DNA of 64,000 nucleotides from a virus, in IMG/VR virus record IMGVR_UViG_3300045988_108820, positions 32,529 to 96,528 of that record, one strand, 5' to 3'. The stretch's first letter is position 1, and every line of letters begins with the position of its first letter. The notes below the pieces were generated by a model, which saw nothing but the letters and a program-made list of their open reading frames with translations, did no database searches and was not told the DNA's origin. This document shows positions 43,701-52,375 of this stretch, in pieces. A program made the position numbers and the translations under genes.

Positions 43701-46700
43701 AACAATCAGAGGATAATAATAAAAGAGCTTTAGAGGAGATGTCCCAAAATGCTAAAACTCTCCAAGAGGCTGAAAATACTTGGCAAGATATTAATTCTAA
43801 GCTTGATATGGTTGAGAAGGATAGAGGTTCCAAAATATCTTCTAATGTTAGAAGTAGACTACTTGAAAGAGCGGCACTTGATGGTTTCTTATCAGAAAGG
43901 TTAGATGCTCTGGAGGATAAAATTTCAGGTAATAGAATTAACACTTCTACTGAATCAACTGCTGAGACCTGGGGTACTAAGGAAGCTATTAAGGAACAAG
44001 TTCTATCTATGGAAAGAACTGAGAGGGATCTTAATAAGGATATAATTGTTGCAAAGAATAGATTAGATAATGCCACTACTAAGTTAAATGAGTATAAAAA
44101 GACTCATGATATTGAGAACTTAGATGATATAGCTACTACAGAGTACATAGGTTTACTAAATAATGTTGAAGCTGCCAAACTACAGTATGAATATACTACT
44201 AATTCTATGGATAAGCTCAAATCTAGGCAAGAAAAGATGAAAGCTATGAGTAAAGAGGAATCATCAAGAGTTTTATCTAAGAATGAAATACTGGCATTGC
44301 CCTCAGAAGCTAGAGCTAGAATGCTTAATGATTTGAATAGAAGTAATTATTCAAAGGAGCAACTTGAACAAATAGATGCTCTTAAGAATGAACTAACTCT
44401 AAAGGATCCATCATTACTACAATCTATACAAGATCAAGCTAGGCTCTTAAAGCAGAAAAATGCTAATGCTAGTGCCTATGAAATGATGTTAGAGAATCCA
44501 GAGGCAGCTTATACAGAATTTGAAGCTCAAGATGGTGTAGATGCTACTATATCTAGAGATTTATTCTTTAGAAGGTATAGTGAGAGCATTAATAATGTGA
44601 TAAGAAAATTGAGTAGTCTGAGTAATATAAAAGATATAAGTCAAGATGATATAAGGGAAGCAATATATAAAAATCTTAGAGTCTTACATCCCAAGATACT
44701 TGATTACTTAGACACAACTCTACCCAATGAAAAAGGTTTAGAATTTATTCCTTTATATAGCAATGAGATAGTAAAGGCTAAAGAATGGTCTAATATGCTT
44801 ACAGATATAAGTAAGGCTGTTGACCAAATGAACTTTGACGATTCAACTAAGAAAGTATTCAGTGACAATATAGGTAATCTTATTGATAAAGCTTCTACAA
44901 GAAAGCAAGCTATGGATATTTTAGAGCAAGTTAGTAACTCTACTGATGTTTCAAACTCAGATCAAGCTAACTTTAGGAAGTTACTGAATATAATCAATGG
45001 TGTTGAAGAACAAAGAAATGCTACTACTACAGAGACTAAAGAAGAAAAAAAAGCTAGACAGGAATCTCAAGAGACTCAAGCAAAGCAAGAGGAAAAGAGA
45101 GTAAAGGATGCTGAAGATAAAGCACAAGAAGCTATTGAAGTAACAGAAAAAGAAGCATCAAATGATAAAAATGCTCAAGAAGCTTATCAAGAAACAGAAA
45201 AAGAGAAATCCAATGAACAAAATGCTCAAGAGACTTACACTGAAACTAAACAAGAGAGAAGAAATCAAGAAGAAGCTAATAAGCAATTAAATACTTATGA
45301 GCAGACTGACGAAGATATAGCTAGAGATAAAGCTATAGAAGAACAAAGAAAAGAGGGTGTGGACTTTTCATCAGGAACTATAGACTTTGAGAGTCCTGAT
45401 TGGGAAAAACAAGTAGAACAAGCAGAGGCAGAAGGACATAAAATAGAAGAAGGATTTGTTAGTAAAGATACTACTGATGTTACTGATCAAGGAAATAGAG
45501 AGTCTATGCAACCTAGTGAAGTTTTAGCAGGAAATTATTTTCATAGATATGATGTAGATGCTCTAATAGAAGATAAAAAAGAGGTAGTTAGCTATGGTAG
45601 AAAGGGAGATATATTAGATAGAATATTAAAGTGGTTTGAAAATGCAGGAATCAAACTTCAGGAGATAGTAGATACTGAAGTGGGAGACATTATGAAAACT
45701 AAGCCTGAAGTACATCTACTATATGTAAATCCTAAAACTACTGCTACTGATGATGCTTGCTTTAGTGACACCGCTATGTTAGCAGTAGAATATACTGACA
45801 AAATATCTAAAATACATAATAATGATAGGGGGGGAGTAATTACTGCTAATGGTAAGCAATATCTAATAATAGGTACTCTAGGATTCAATAATAGAGAGCA
45901 ACAAAGCAATTATGTAAGTGTGCATAATCCAGCAAAAGGCTCAAGACTTAAATATTTTACAGCTAATCCTAATGAACGATTCTATATCCTTCCAACTGCT
46001 CATACCGAGATAGCTGAGATGACATCAGGAAGAATAACAAGACAATTAGAGAGTGATTCAGAGGTAAAAATTAGACCTGTTACAGAACTCTTATCTGAAC
46101 CTAATAGAAATCCTAAGGGATTAAAACTCCAAGATCTTAAGTGGGGTATAATGTTTGAAGATGGTTTACATTATGCAAATGTTTCTCCTAGAAATACTGT
46201 GTACCCTCCTAGAGATACCCTAAGTAACTTAGGTGCTGTATTTTTACTAATTGAAACTGCTAATGGTAATTATATACCAGTAGCAATAAGATCTACAATG
46301 CTCTCTGATTTACAAGATGGTACATTAAAGACTCAATTAAATAATCTATTTAATGAATTAAGTTCTACTAAATATTCAGATAGATTAGGTGCTATTAATC
46401 AACTTGTAAAATTACTTAATATAAATGAGAAGGGAGATAATATACTCATAGGAATGGATGATAAAGCAACTGTTAGTACAGTTAAGAATGGTACTGTATT
46501 AAGGACATTCAATTTGAAAGATGCTAACTTTAGTAGAATGGACTTAATTAATGCTATTTTTGAGCTTAATCCTAGAGTTAATATTACTTTATCTACTCTA
46601 AGTGATCCTGTACAGTTAAAAATGTATGCAGAAGCAGGTGCTTTGAACACTGATATAGCTAAATTAGGAACATCCAATGCAAGTTATACAGTGTACTCAA

Positions 46701-48487
46701 TGGATGCTAATGGTAATCCAATTAAGACTAAGCCAATAGAGAATAGAGATCCAAGTACAGAAGCTAATAGTGACTTAAACAAAGCTGACTATAAGAAGAA
46801 ACACTCTGTATATTATAGAGGTTCTCAATATAGAGAGAAGAATGGAAAGTGGTATAATACTAATTGGAAAGAAGTAACAGATCCTATATTACTTAGTCAA
46901 ATTAAATGGACTAGCTATATTAGAGTAAATGATTTGACTCCTAATTTAGTTGGTAATGATATGTTTGGTAATAAGAATAATGAATATTACATTATTAATT
47001 CTAATCCTACAAATGCAAAAGTGATTAAAGTACTTAGTAATGGTATTGTAGCTGAACTTAACATAAATGATTCTAGAGTAATAATAGAGAAAGTACAAAA
47101 TAGAGATATTCAAGCAACTAGAGAAAAAGCAGCTAAAGAAGAGAAAGAAAGACTTATGCATATTGAAAACTCTATGGACTATGATAATGCAGAAGCGGCT
47201 GGTGAGGGTGAAGATGTTACTAAGGTTAATGAGATTAGTGGAGCTAATTTAACTGAGGAACAAATTATTGCACAAGGTAATGGGGATTTCCAACTTGACT
47301 CTAAACCTCAACCAACAGATACTGAGCTTAAGGCACAAGCTATGGTAGATAGAATAACCTCTGATTCTCATGACATCATTCTAGATGAAAAGAGAGGTGT
47401 ATATGTAGATTCCACAGGCAAAGAAAGAGCTAGAGTTACATCAGTAATTCAAGCTACTGAAGGTACTGAGAGATTTGACCCAAATAGTCCTTGGATTACT
47501 CCTTCTACTAATGTGGGAACAGGAATGGATAACTTTGTAAGAGACTTCTTTGCTAGTAAATTGGGAAGTTTAGATAGCCTTCAGGAGAGGTATCCTAATG
47601 CCACAACTGCTCAACTACAAGCCTTTGAGAAACAGCTCCAAGAGTTCAAGGCTAAGCTTGATAAAGCTGGTTTAACAGTAGTTCCAAGGGATGTTACTGT
47701 CACTGGGGAAGTTGAAGTTACAGATACTAATGGTAAGAAATATAAATTACCTGTAGCAGGAACTCTAGACTTGCTTGCCTATGACAAAGATGGTAACTTC
47801 TATATCTTTGATATGAAGACAAATCATAGTACTCCTAATGCTAAAAAAGCTGCAAAGTGGAACAAACAGTTATCTTTATATAAGCAGTTCTTAGAAGAAA
47901 AGTATGGTGTTAGTGTAAAAGAGACTTCTATAATTCCAATAGAAGTGAAGTACCCAGCTCCTAAAGGATGGAGAAATGGAAAAACTGTATATAGAGCAGA
48001 TGAAAAAACTAATCAACTCTATTATCAGACAGAGGATAATTCTGGAGCATTAACCTCTAGTACTCCATATAGAGATGCTAAACCAATCTTACACTCTAAC
48101 ATACCAATCTCAACTAGTCCTGTAAAGATAGAGTATAGTTTACTAACTGATTCTGAGAAAGCATTATTATCTCCTGTGGTAGATGGAACATTTAATTCAT
48201 CTACAGGTACTACTAACATTGAGAATAAAAATAAGAACAAAGACATTAATAAGACAGGTGACATTTCACTAGCTGAATTACAAGCTAGTACAAATGCTAA
48301 ACCTACTAATGTAAGTTCTATGCTTAAAAATAGAAACTATAGTAAAAAGGTAAGAGGAATACTAAAAGAGAAAGGTTTTAATGGTAAAATGTCTGAGGTA
48401 GAAGCTTGGTTAAAAGAGCATAATATGCCTATAAGTAATATAAAAGACATAGATTCTTGGATTGATATGTTACAAAACTGTAGATAA
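40769..48487 (+). CDS. giant tail / ejected protein (2572 aa) with C-terminal PD-(D/E)xK nuclease domain
   Basis: A single uninterrupted frame. It has an N-terminal GLKGLKGLRGLEGL repeat, hydrophobic Ala/Gly-rich segments, a central E/K/Q-rich repeat tract and a C-terminal nuclease motif set (see sub-feature). Confidence 0.7.
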   Translation: MFTEILRGLKGLKGLRGLEGLSQQERDAWRRVNASKLEGKSAQYEDRLYANQQFVKKFGMDAFNSFNRDQRDYIYKDTIVNELYTDLYSPYTDKVGTDGKYIVDPNKGMGSEAEFKKYYAMDADSKLELIRSGWKPTPQIESELKKERDMKLAAINNSNAWVGAPSYAQGGVTASFIFREPIHEELSRSENNKILEGIYARDLKKREDELQPEIDDYYLNTIGKLSDSEVKSQFMKALTPSDTNIGNSQLLAFFHDGKNVEDEVKNFSIDDMRMYLAKFKVLNDRLGAGAAYTALDNYAKEYISDHQGNLTYAGLLAKDIGISVLSYTADKVNSIRQLFNTGKGKSVVWIDNKGNVVAPDQVKTAKNGDKYYINDDGEVTAIKQTKMSVTDLDYLGKDAEGNTRSDFLNNQFWADAEQYGTLDSDEIKQYKKLGASPYKVVYKPGDDSDLLYETIKMTSFAIADAASMLIPGYGETVGAAMQTTKAASLLSKAISTLGKGIYYTSKLAKAVQPTISATAIGHAYGRGVFGESLAQNMQQLEEYAYTFAQKNFHDNYYSNKQFKDQVDKDVQTEFNKLKNIQKAELNTSEGNKEIANQGLTDEALMEKAKQIVHSTYIDRGVKDIQNSDDYFDMVGKASESASDAAMTAAITDGAKYMLVNNFGYRKFLFNTAADRAASSARRLARNLSEKESRRLLFKSLIDGNKLKTIGKITASQAWGGAWTNFTDEMQSWGGKQINQDRFSSYLSGFYNGQASDDIYGAIDAVTSYFNGAMASLAKGTTWKAGFVGATGSLTSFAPNVASITTTIGTKRGREAWRKASLGERANMIFNNGVLNEYYGKKQGESEIKRYVDVVNKLLDEQDNFSILKSAVALDRASIDVSNQEDKNAITFLKAVNAISLLHQFQSDSGIKDQSSSRIKRWLKNKFGEGENTLGAVASQSTILTKALSEIEDLVNGNLSEESAKSYLSEYYAKNPTVEQSEDNNKRALEEMSQNAKTLQEAENTWQDINSKLDMVEKDRGSKISSNVRSRLLERAALDGFLSERLDALEDKISGNRINTSTESTAETWGTKEAIKEQVLSMERTERDLNKDIIVAKNRLDNATTKLNEYKKTHDIENLDDIATTEYIGLLNNVEAAKLQYEYTTNSMDKLKSRQEKMKAMSKEESSRVLSKNEILALPSEARARMLNDLNRSNYSKEQLEQIDALKNELTLKDPSLLQSIQDQARLLKQKNANASAYEMMLENPEAAYTEFEAQDGVDATISRDLFFRRYSESINNVIRKLSSLSNIKDISQDDIREAIYKNLRVLHPKILDYLDTTLPNEKGLEFIPLYSNEIVKAKEWSNMLTDISKAVDQMNFDDSTKKVFSDNIGNLIDKASTRKQAMDILEQVSNSTDVSNSDQANFRKLLNIINGVEEQRNATTTETKEEKKARQESQETQAKQEEKRVKDAEDKAQEAIEVTEKEASNDKNAQEAYQETEKEKSNEQNAQETYTETKQERRNQEEANKQLNTYEQTDEDIARDKAIEEQRKEGVDFSSGTIDFESPDWEKQVEQAEAEGHKIEEGFVSKDTTDVTDQGNRESMQPSEVLAGNYFHRYDVDALIEDKKEVVSYGRKGDILDRILKWFENAGIKLQEIVDTEVGDIMKTKPEVHLLYVNPKTTATDDACFSDTAMLAVEYTDKISKIHNNDRGGVITANGKQYLIIGTLGFNNREQQSNYVSVHNPAKGSRLKYFTANPNERFYILPTAHTEIAEMTSGRITRQLESDSEVKIRPVTELLSEPNRNPKGLKLQDLKWGIMFEDGLHYANVSPRNTVYPPRDTLSNLGAVFLLIETANGNYIPVAIRSTMLSDLQDGTLKTQLNNLFNELSSTKYSDRLGAINQLVKLLNINEKGDNILIGMDDKATVSTVKNGTVLRTFNLKDANFSRMDLINAIFELNPRVNITLSTLSDPVQLKMYAEAGALNTDIAKLGTSNASYTVYSMDANGNPIKTKPIENRDPSTEANSDLNKADYKKKHSVYYRGSQYREKNGKWYNTNWKEVTDPILLSQIKWTSYIRVNDLTPNLVGNDMFGNKNNEYYIINSNPTNAKVIKVLSNGIVAELNINDSRVIIEKVQNRDIQATREKAAKEEKERLMHIENSMDYDNAEAAGEGEDVTKVNEISGANLTEEQIIAQGNGDFQLDSKPQPTDTELKAQAMVDRITSDSHDIILDEKRGVYVDSTGKERARVTSVIQATEGTERFDPNSPWITPSTNVGTGMDNFVRDFFASKLGSLDSLQERYPNATTAQLQAFEKQLQEFKAKLDKAGLTVVPRDVTVTGEVEVTDTNGKKYKLPVAGTLDLLAYDKDGNFYIFDMKTNHSTPNAKKAAKWNKQLSLYKQFLEEKYGVSVKETSIIPIEVKYPAPKGWRNGKTVYRADEKTNQLYYQTEDNSGALTSSTPYRDAKPILHSNIPISTSPVKIEYSLLTDSEKALLSPVVDGTFNSSTGTTNIENKNKNKDINKTGDISLAELQASTNAKPTNVSSMLKNRNYSKKVRGILKEKGFNGKMSEVEAWLKEHNMPISNIKDIDSWIDMLQNCR
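47351..47968 (+). other. PD-(D/E)xK (RecB/Cas4-like) nuclease domain within the 2572-aa protein
   Basis: Ordered motifs: RVTSVIQ (res 2222-), GTGMDNFVRDFF, GTLDLLAYD (D2334), IFDMKT (D2348-x-K2350) and QLSLYKQF (Q2367-xxx-Y2371). Confidence 0.6.
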
Positions 48488-48492
48488 AAAAG

Positions 48493-48520
48493 AAAGCCAG
48501 TAGGAATTCTACTGGCTTTT
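48493..48520. terminator. bidirectional terminator between convergent giant genes
   Basis: AAAGCCAGTAG (48493-48503), loop GAATT, CTACTGGCTTT (48509-48519). It is flanked by an A-run on the left and a T-run on the right, between the stops at 48487 (+) and 48530 (-). Confidence 0.7.
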
Positions 48521-48529
48521 ATTATATTA

Positions 48530-51500
48530 TTACTTTTGTAAATTGTTCTTTTCAAACACTTGGAATACACCATTATCAGTATCCATTTCATTAAGTTGTT
48601 CAATTTGTCCGTAAAATGGAATTAAATACTTTTGAATGTTTCTAAAGTATTTATTTTCCCCCTTATGCTTACCAGACTTAATTGTGTCATTAATATCTCC
48701 AATACCAGCAAATGGGTATAAAAAGGAATTAACTACATTAGATGCAGCTATAGGACTGTTTATTAGAGTATTCATTTCCATAGGAATACCCCATGGAGTT
48801 GAACCATTTATATCTGTAATAGCTCTCTTTGTTTGATATATCCACATCCTTGTCCAAAATTCTTTCTTATGGTCATCAGGTTCACCGAGAGCAAATGATA
48901 ATGTAAGAAGACTAGATAATACAAGTATTTCAGATAGTGCTCTTCTACAATTAGCTTTTTGCATAGGATTCATCTCATTCCAATGCAACATTGATTCTCT
49001 TTGAAACCTAAATATATCCCCAGCCATAGCATAAGCAAACTTAGAAGCTGTGTTATAATATCCCTCTCTATTTTCTCCAAGAGTAGCATCATAATGAGAA
49101 CTCCTAAATCTTCTAGAGTAGTGTTCAACCATCCATTGCCTTAAATTCATTATAAATCTACCAGCCATGTGTTGATGAATTAAACCTTTGTCTTCTTCAT
49201 TCATAGCACCATGGGTAGTTTGATTTACATATCTAATTCTTTTTCTAATCTTCTCTAAAAAGGCATCATCAATAGGAACTTCTTGACCATTATCATCAGT
49301 ATATGTAGCATTTTTATCAATTATTAGTTCAGAATTACCATCTACCTTATTACCTACAGAGAATACATCATAAAGGGATTTAGTTTTTCCATTTATTTTA
49401 ATCTTAGTATTATGTAATACAGCATACATATTTACAAAGTGAATTAAGTGTTCACCTGCCCCATAACCTATGAATGAGAAGTTCTTTCCCAAAAGATGTC
49501 TTAGTGGTCCTCTGTAATATCTTTGATGCTGTAATTCTCCAAAATTTTCATTTAATGGATCAAATATTTGTGCTAACAATACTGATTTACTATTAGTATT
49601 ATTAGTCATAAAGTCCATTATTCTTCCTACAGAGCCTTTAATATTATCACCAAAAACTTTCTTATGTGCCCATGCATAATCAATAGGATTATAAAACTCC
49701 ATAGCCCCAGACTCTACTAACATTTGAAGTTCACCTACTAGGTAGTTAGATATAGCTCCTTTAACATTAACAGCCAAACTCTTTAAAGAAGTATATGCAA
49801 GTAGATTCTTCAGTAACATGTGATATTTTCCAGGGTTTTTAATATTAACACCATATATAAATTTATCAACAAATCCATCAACAATACCAATAGTATTAGA
49901 ATTACTTGCAAAAGCTCTTAATTGTTTATAAACCCTAATACCTGTATCTTCTACCATATCTAGACTTTTATAGTTCCTTCCAGCAGCTACTTCTTGGTCT
50001 TTAATAAAATCAGCCATAAATTCAACAGTGTCTTTAATATTATTCATAGCCTCATAGTTTATTGCAGTTCCTGCTAAGTGTTGTATAGCACTAGAGAAAT
50101 CTTTCAGTAGTTCTCCTTTATCTTTAATCTTATTGATATAGAATATAGGTATTTGTCTAAATGGAGTATTATCTAATGCTCCACTAACTATGTTATATTC
50201 TTCTCCATTTACTATACCATTATTTGCATATCTATCATCATCTTCTCTTATAGTAGTAAAGTCTTTAAGTTTTGTTCTAATAGCTTTTATTAAATCTCTA
50301 AGACTTCCCTTCTTAACAGCAGCTTTCATAGCATCCACAAAGGATCTCCTAATTTGAGGAGGTACAAATTGTCTTTGAGCATAATTAGGTAATAAGGTTC
50401 CTAATTCTCCTTTTATTTGCATCATTGTTTCATAATACTCCTGTTGCTCACTAGTTAATTTAGGAAATGCTTTTCTATATGTGGAATTAGGAACTCTCTC
50501 AGTTCTGCCACTTACTAAATCTACAACTCTATCCTCTGTATTAGCTTCTTCCCAATTTTTTATAGCTTCATCTACAGATAGACCTCTAGTTCCTTGCCCT
50601 ATTAATCCTTTTCTAAAATTAGCTCTAGCTTTATAATAAGCAGTCCAATCAATATCACTTATGATATAACCATTAGGCTCATACATAAAGTCACTCTTAA
50701 AACCTGCTTTTCTGAGTTTATGTTCTGCTCTTCTTATTCTAAGAGATATAGCATTCATCTTAGCATCCCTAGAAGATTGAGCATCTCTTATAATGTTACC
50801 CATAGTAGCAATTAATGGGTTAGAAACTCTTCCAATACTATATAAATAGTCATAGATAGTAGAGTCTTTTTCAGCCATTTCAACTATATTAACTACAGAC
50901 ATGCCATTAGAAAGTTTATCTCCTAAATATTCAGTAGCTATAGTAGTCATAGTATTTAGTCTTAACTCCCTTAGAGTTTTATCATGTTTATCAAAGAATT
51001 CTACTAGTTTAGTAGCTTGATCTTTTATAATTTGTTTATCAGTATCACTAAGTCTTTCATCTGAGATAATACTATCAATATTAGACAATGATGTAAGAAT
51101 GCTTTTATAACCATCAGTAATAGATTTAACCTGCATTAGTGACTTAGCTATAGCAGAAGCTCTCTCTAGATTACTTCCAGATTGTGGAGTATTCTGGAGG
51201 ATTTTTTCCACTTCTTGTATTTGTGTAGATGCTTCACTAAGAAATCCTAGAATACCAACATAGTATCTATTACTATTAATTTCCTTCATAAGTGTATGCA
51301 AAGACTGTTCCAATCTAGTAGTTTCAGGGGTTATTCCCTGCTCTGCTTTCATCTTTTTGAGCTGTCTTTGTAATGTTATAGCAGCTTCTGATGCTGCTTG
51401 AGATAAACTCCTTATATTATTTCCAACTAGTACTACTTCATTAAAGTCTAGATTATATTTCTTATTTAGTGCTTTTATTGTATCTTCTATCTTACCTTCT

Positions 51501-52375
51501 TCTGAATTTCCAATTGCCTGTTCTACACTCTCTATTTGTTGTGAAACTGCATTAATATCAAGTCCATTATACTTTTTACAATTATTTAATGTAGCATCTA
51601 TTAAGGCTTTTTGAGAAGCTGTTACTCCACCAACTCTATAAGAGTCATATATTTTTTGAGCAACTTCTTCCAATGTGCCAAACATTTGCTTAAGTCTTTG
51701 TACTTGACTACTTGATTCATTAAATACTAGAAGGTCTTTAATCTCTTTTCTGTCAAGAAACTTATTATCAGTAAATTGTACATTATGCATTTGAAGTATA
51801 GCATTTCTAGCATTAGCTGCATTATATACTGATTTATTAACATCAGCAGATTCAATGTCTATACCAACATTATTTAAAGATTGTTTTAATATATCCCATT
51901 GTTGTAGTTGCTTTTCAACTTGAGCACTTCTTAATTGTGTTCTTGAGTTTCTCACATCTACTACAATATTAAATTTATCTCCTCCAGAATAGACAGCAGC
52001 TACAGTACCTTTACTAGAATTATTATGACGCTGTGCTATATCAAGGGCATCTTTAGCATTAGTATAATCAATAGGATTTCCTGAGAAATCAGTAGCTCCT
52101 ATTGTTCTTGATACTTCACTTACCTTTCCTTCTGTAGATTCCCTAATAAATGACATTACATCTAGGTACTTTTCTACATCTGCAATCTTATGTTCACCTT
52201 GGTCATTTCTAGAATAACCTAGGCTATCCATCTGTGCAGCTACCCCCGATTGGAGGTAGACTGCATAGATGTAATTAGCCTTTGGTCTATTCCCTGTGAC
52301 TTTAAGTAACTCCTTATAGAGTTTACTAGGTTTACCCTGTATTGTAGGGTATAATTCACATGAATTTTTAGCCAT
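48530..52375 (-). CDS. giant virion/ejected protein co-transcribed with the RNAP-type gene (1281 aa)
   Basis: Its ATG immediately follows the TAA of the 3115-aa gene with no spacer. A single uninterrupted frame. No catalytic motif recognised. Confidence 0.65.
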   Translation of the reverse strand: MAKNSCELYPTIQGKPSKLYKELLKVTGNRPKANYIYAVYLQSGVAAQMDSLGYSRNDQGEHKIADVEKYLDVMSFIRESTEGKVSEVSRTIGATDFSGNPIDYTNAKDALDIAQRHNNSSKGTVAAVYSGGDKFNIVVDVRNSRTQLRSAQVEKQLQQWDILKQSLNNVGIDIESADVNKSVYNAANARNAILQMHNVQFTDNKFLDRKEIKDLLVFNESSSQVQRLKQMFGTLEEVAQKIYDSYRVGGVTASQKALIDATLNNCKKYNGLDINAVSQQIESVEQAIGNSEEGKIEDTIKALNKKYNLDFNEVVLVGNNIRSLSQAASEAAITLQRQLKKMKAEQGITPETTRLEQSLHTLMKEINSNRYYVGILGFLSEASTQIQEVEKILQNTPQSGSNLERASAIAKSLMQVKSITDGYKSILTSLSNIDSIISDERLSDTDKQIIKDQATKLVEFFDKHDKTLRELRLNTMTTIATEYLGDKLSNGMSVVNIVEMAEKDSTIYDYLYSIGRVSNPLIATMGNIIRDAQSSRDAKMNAISLRIRRAEHKLRKAGFKSDFMYEPNGYIISDIDWTAYYKARANFRKGLIGQGTRGLSVDEAIKNWEEANTEDRVVDLVSGRTERVPNSTYRKAFPKLTSEQQEYYETMMQIKGELGTLLPNYAQRQFVPPQIRRSFVDAMKAAVKKGSLRDLIKAIRTKLKDFTTIREDDDRYANNGIVNGEEYNIVSGALDNTPFRQIPIFYINKIKDKGELLKDFSSAIQHLAGTAINYEAMNNIKDTVEFMADFIKDQEVAAGRNYKSLDMVEDTGIRVYKQLRAFASNSNTIGIVDGFVDKFIYGVNIKNPGKYHMLLKNLLAYTSLKSLAVNVKGAISNYLVGELQMLVESGAMEFYNPIDYAWAHKKVFGDNIKGSVGRIMDFMTNNTNSKSVLLAQIFDPLNENFGELQHQRYYRGPLRHLLGKNFSFIGYGAGEHLIHFVNMYAVLHNTKIKINGKTKSLYDVFSVGNKVDGNSELIIDKNATYTDDNGQEVPIDDAFLEKIRKRIRYVNQTTHGAMNEEDKGLIHQHMAGRFIMNLRQWMVEHYSRRFRSSHYDATLGENREGYYNTASKFAYAMAGDIFRFQRESMLHWNEMNPMQKANCRRALSEILVLSSLLTLSFALGEPDDHKKEFWTRMWIYQTKRAITDINGSTPWGIPMEMNTLINSPIAASNVVNSFLYPFAGIGDINDTIKSGKHKGENKYFRNIQKYLIPFYGQIEQLNEMDTDNGVFQVFEKNNLQK

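Noticed and set aside
40784-48264. Alternative-frame ORFs within the 2572-aa gene (40784..40978, 40821..41006, 43042..43245, 43678..44076, 45658..45909, 46399..46677, 46946..47161, 48025..48264)
   Set aside because: All of them are nested in a single long uninterrupted frame and have no independent signals.
48337-48836. ORFs 48337..48603 (-) and 48636..48836 (+)
   Set aside because: The first spans the bidirectional terminator and the ends of both giant genes. The second is antisense within the 1281-aa gene.
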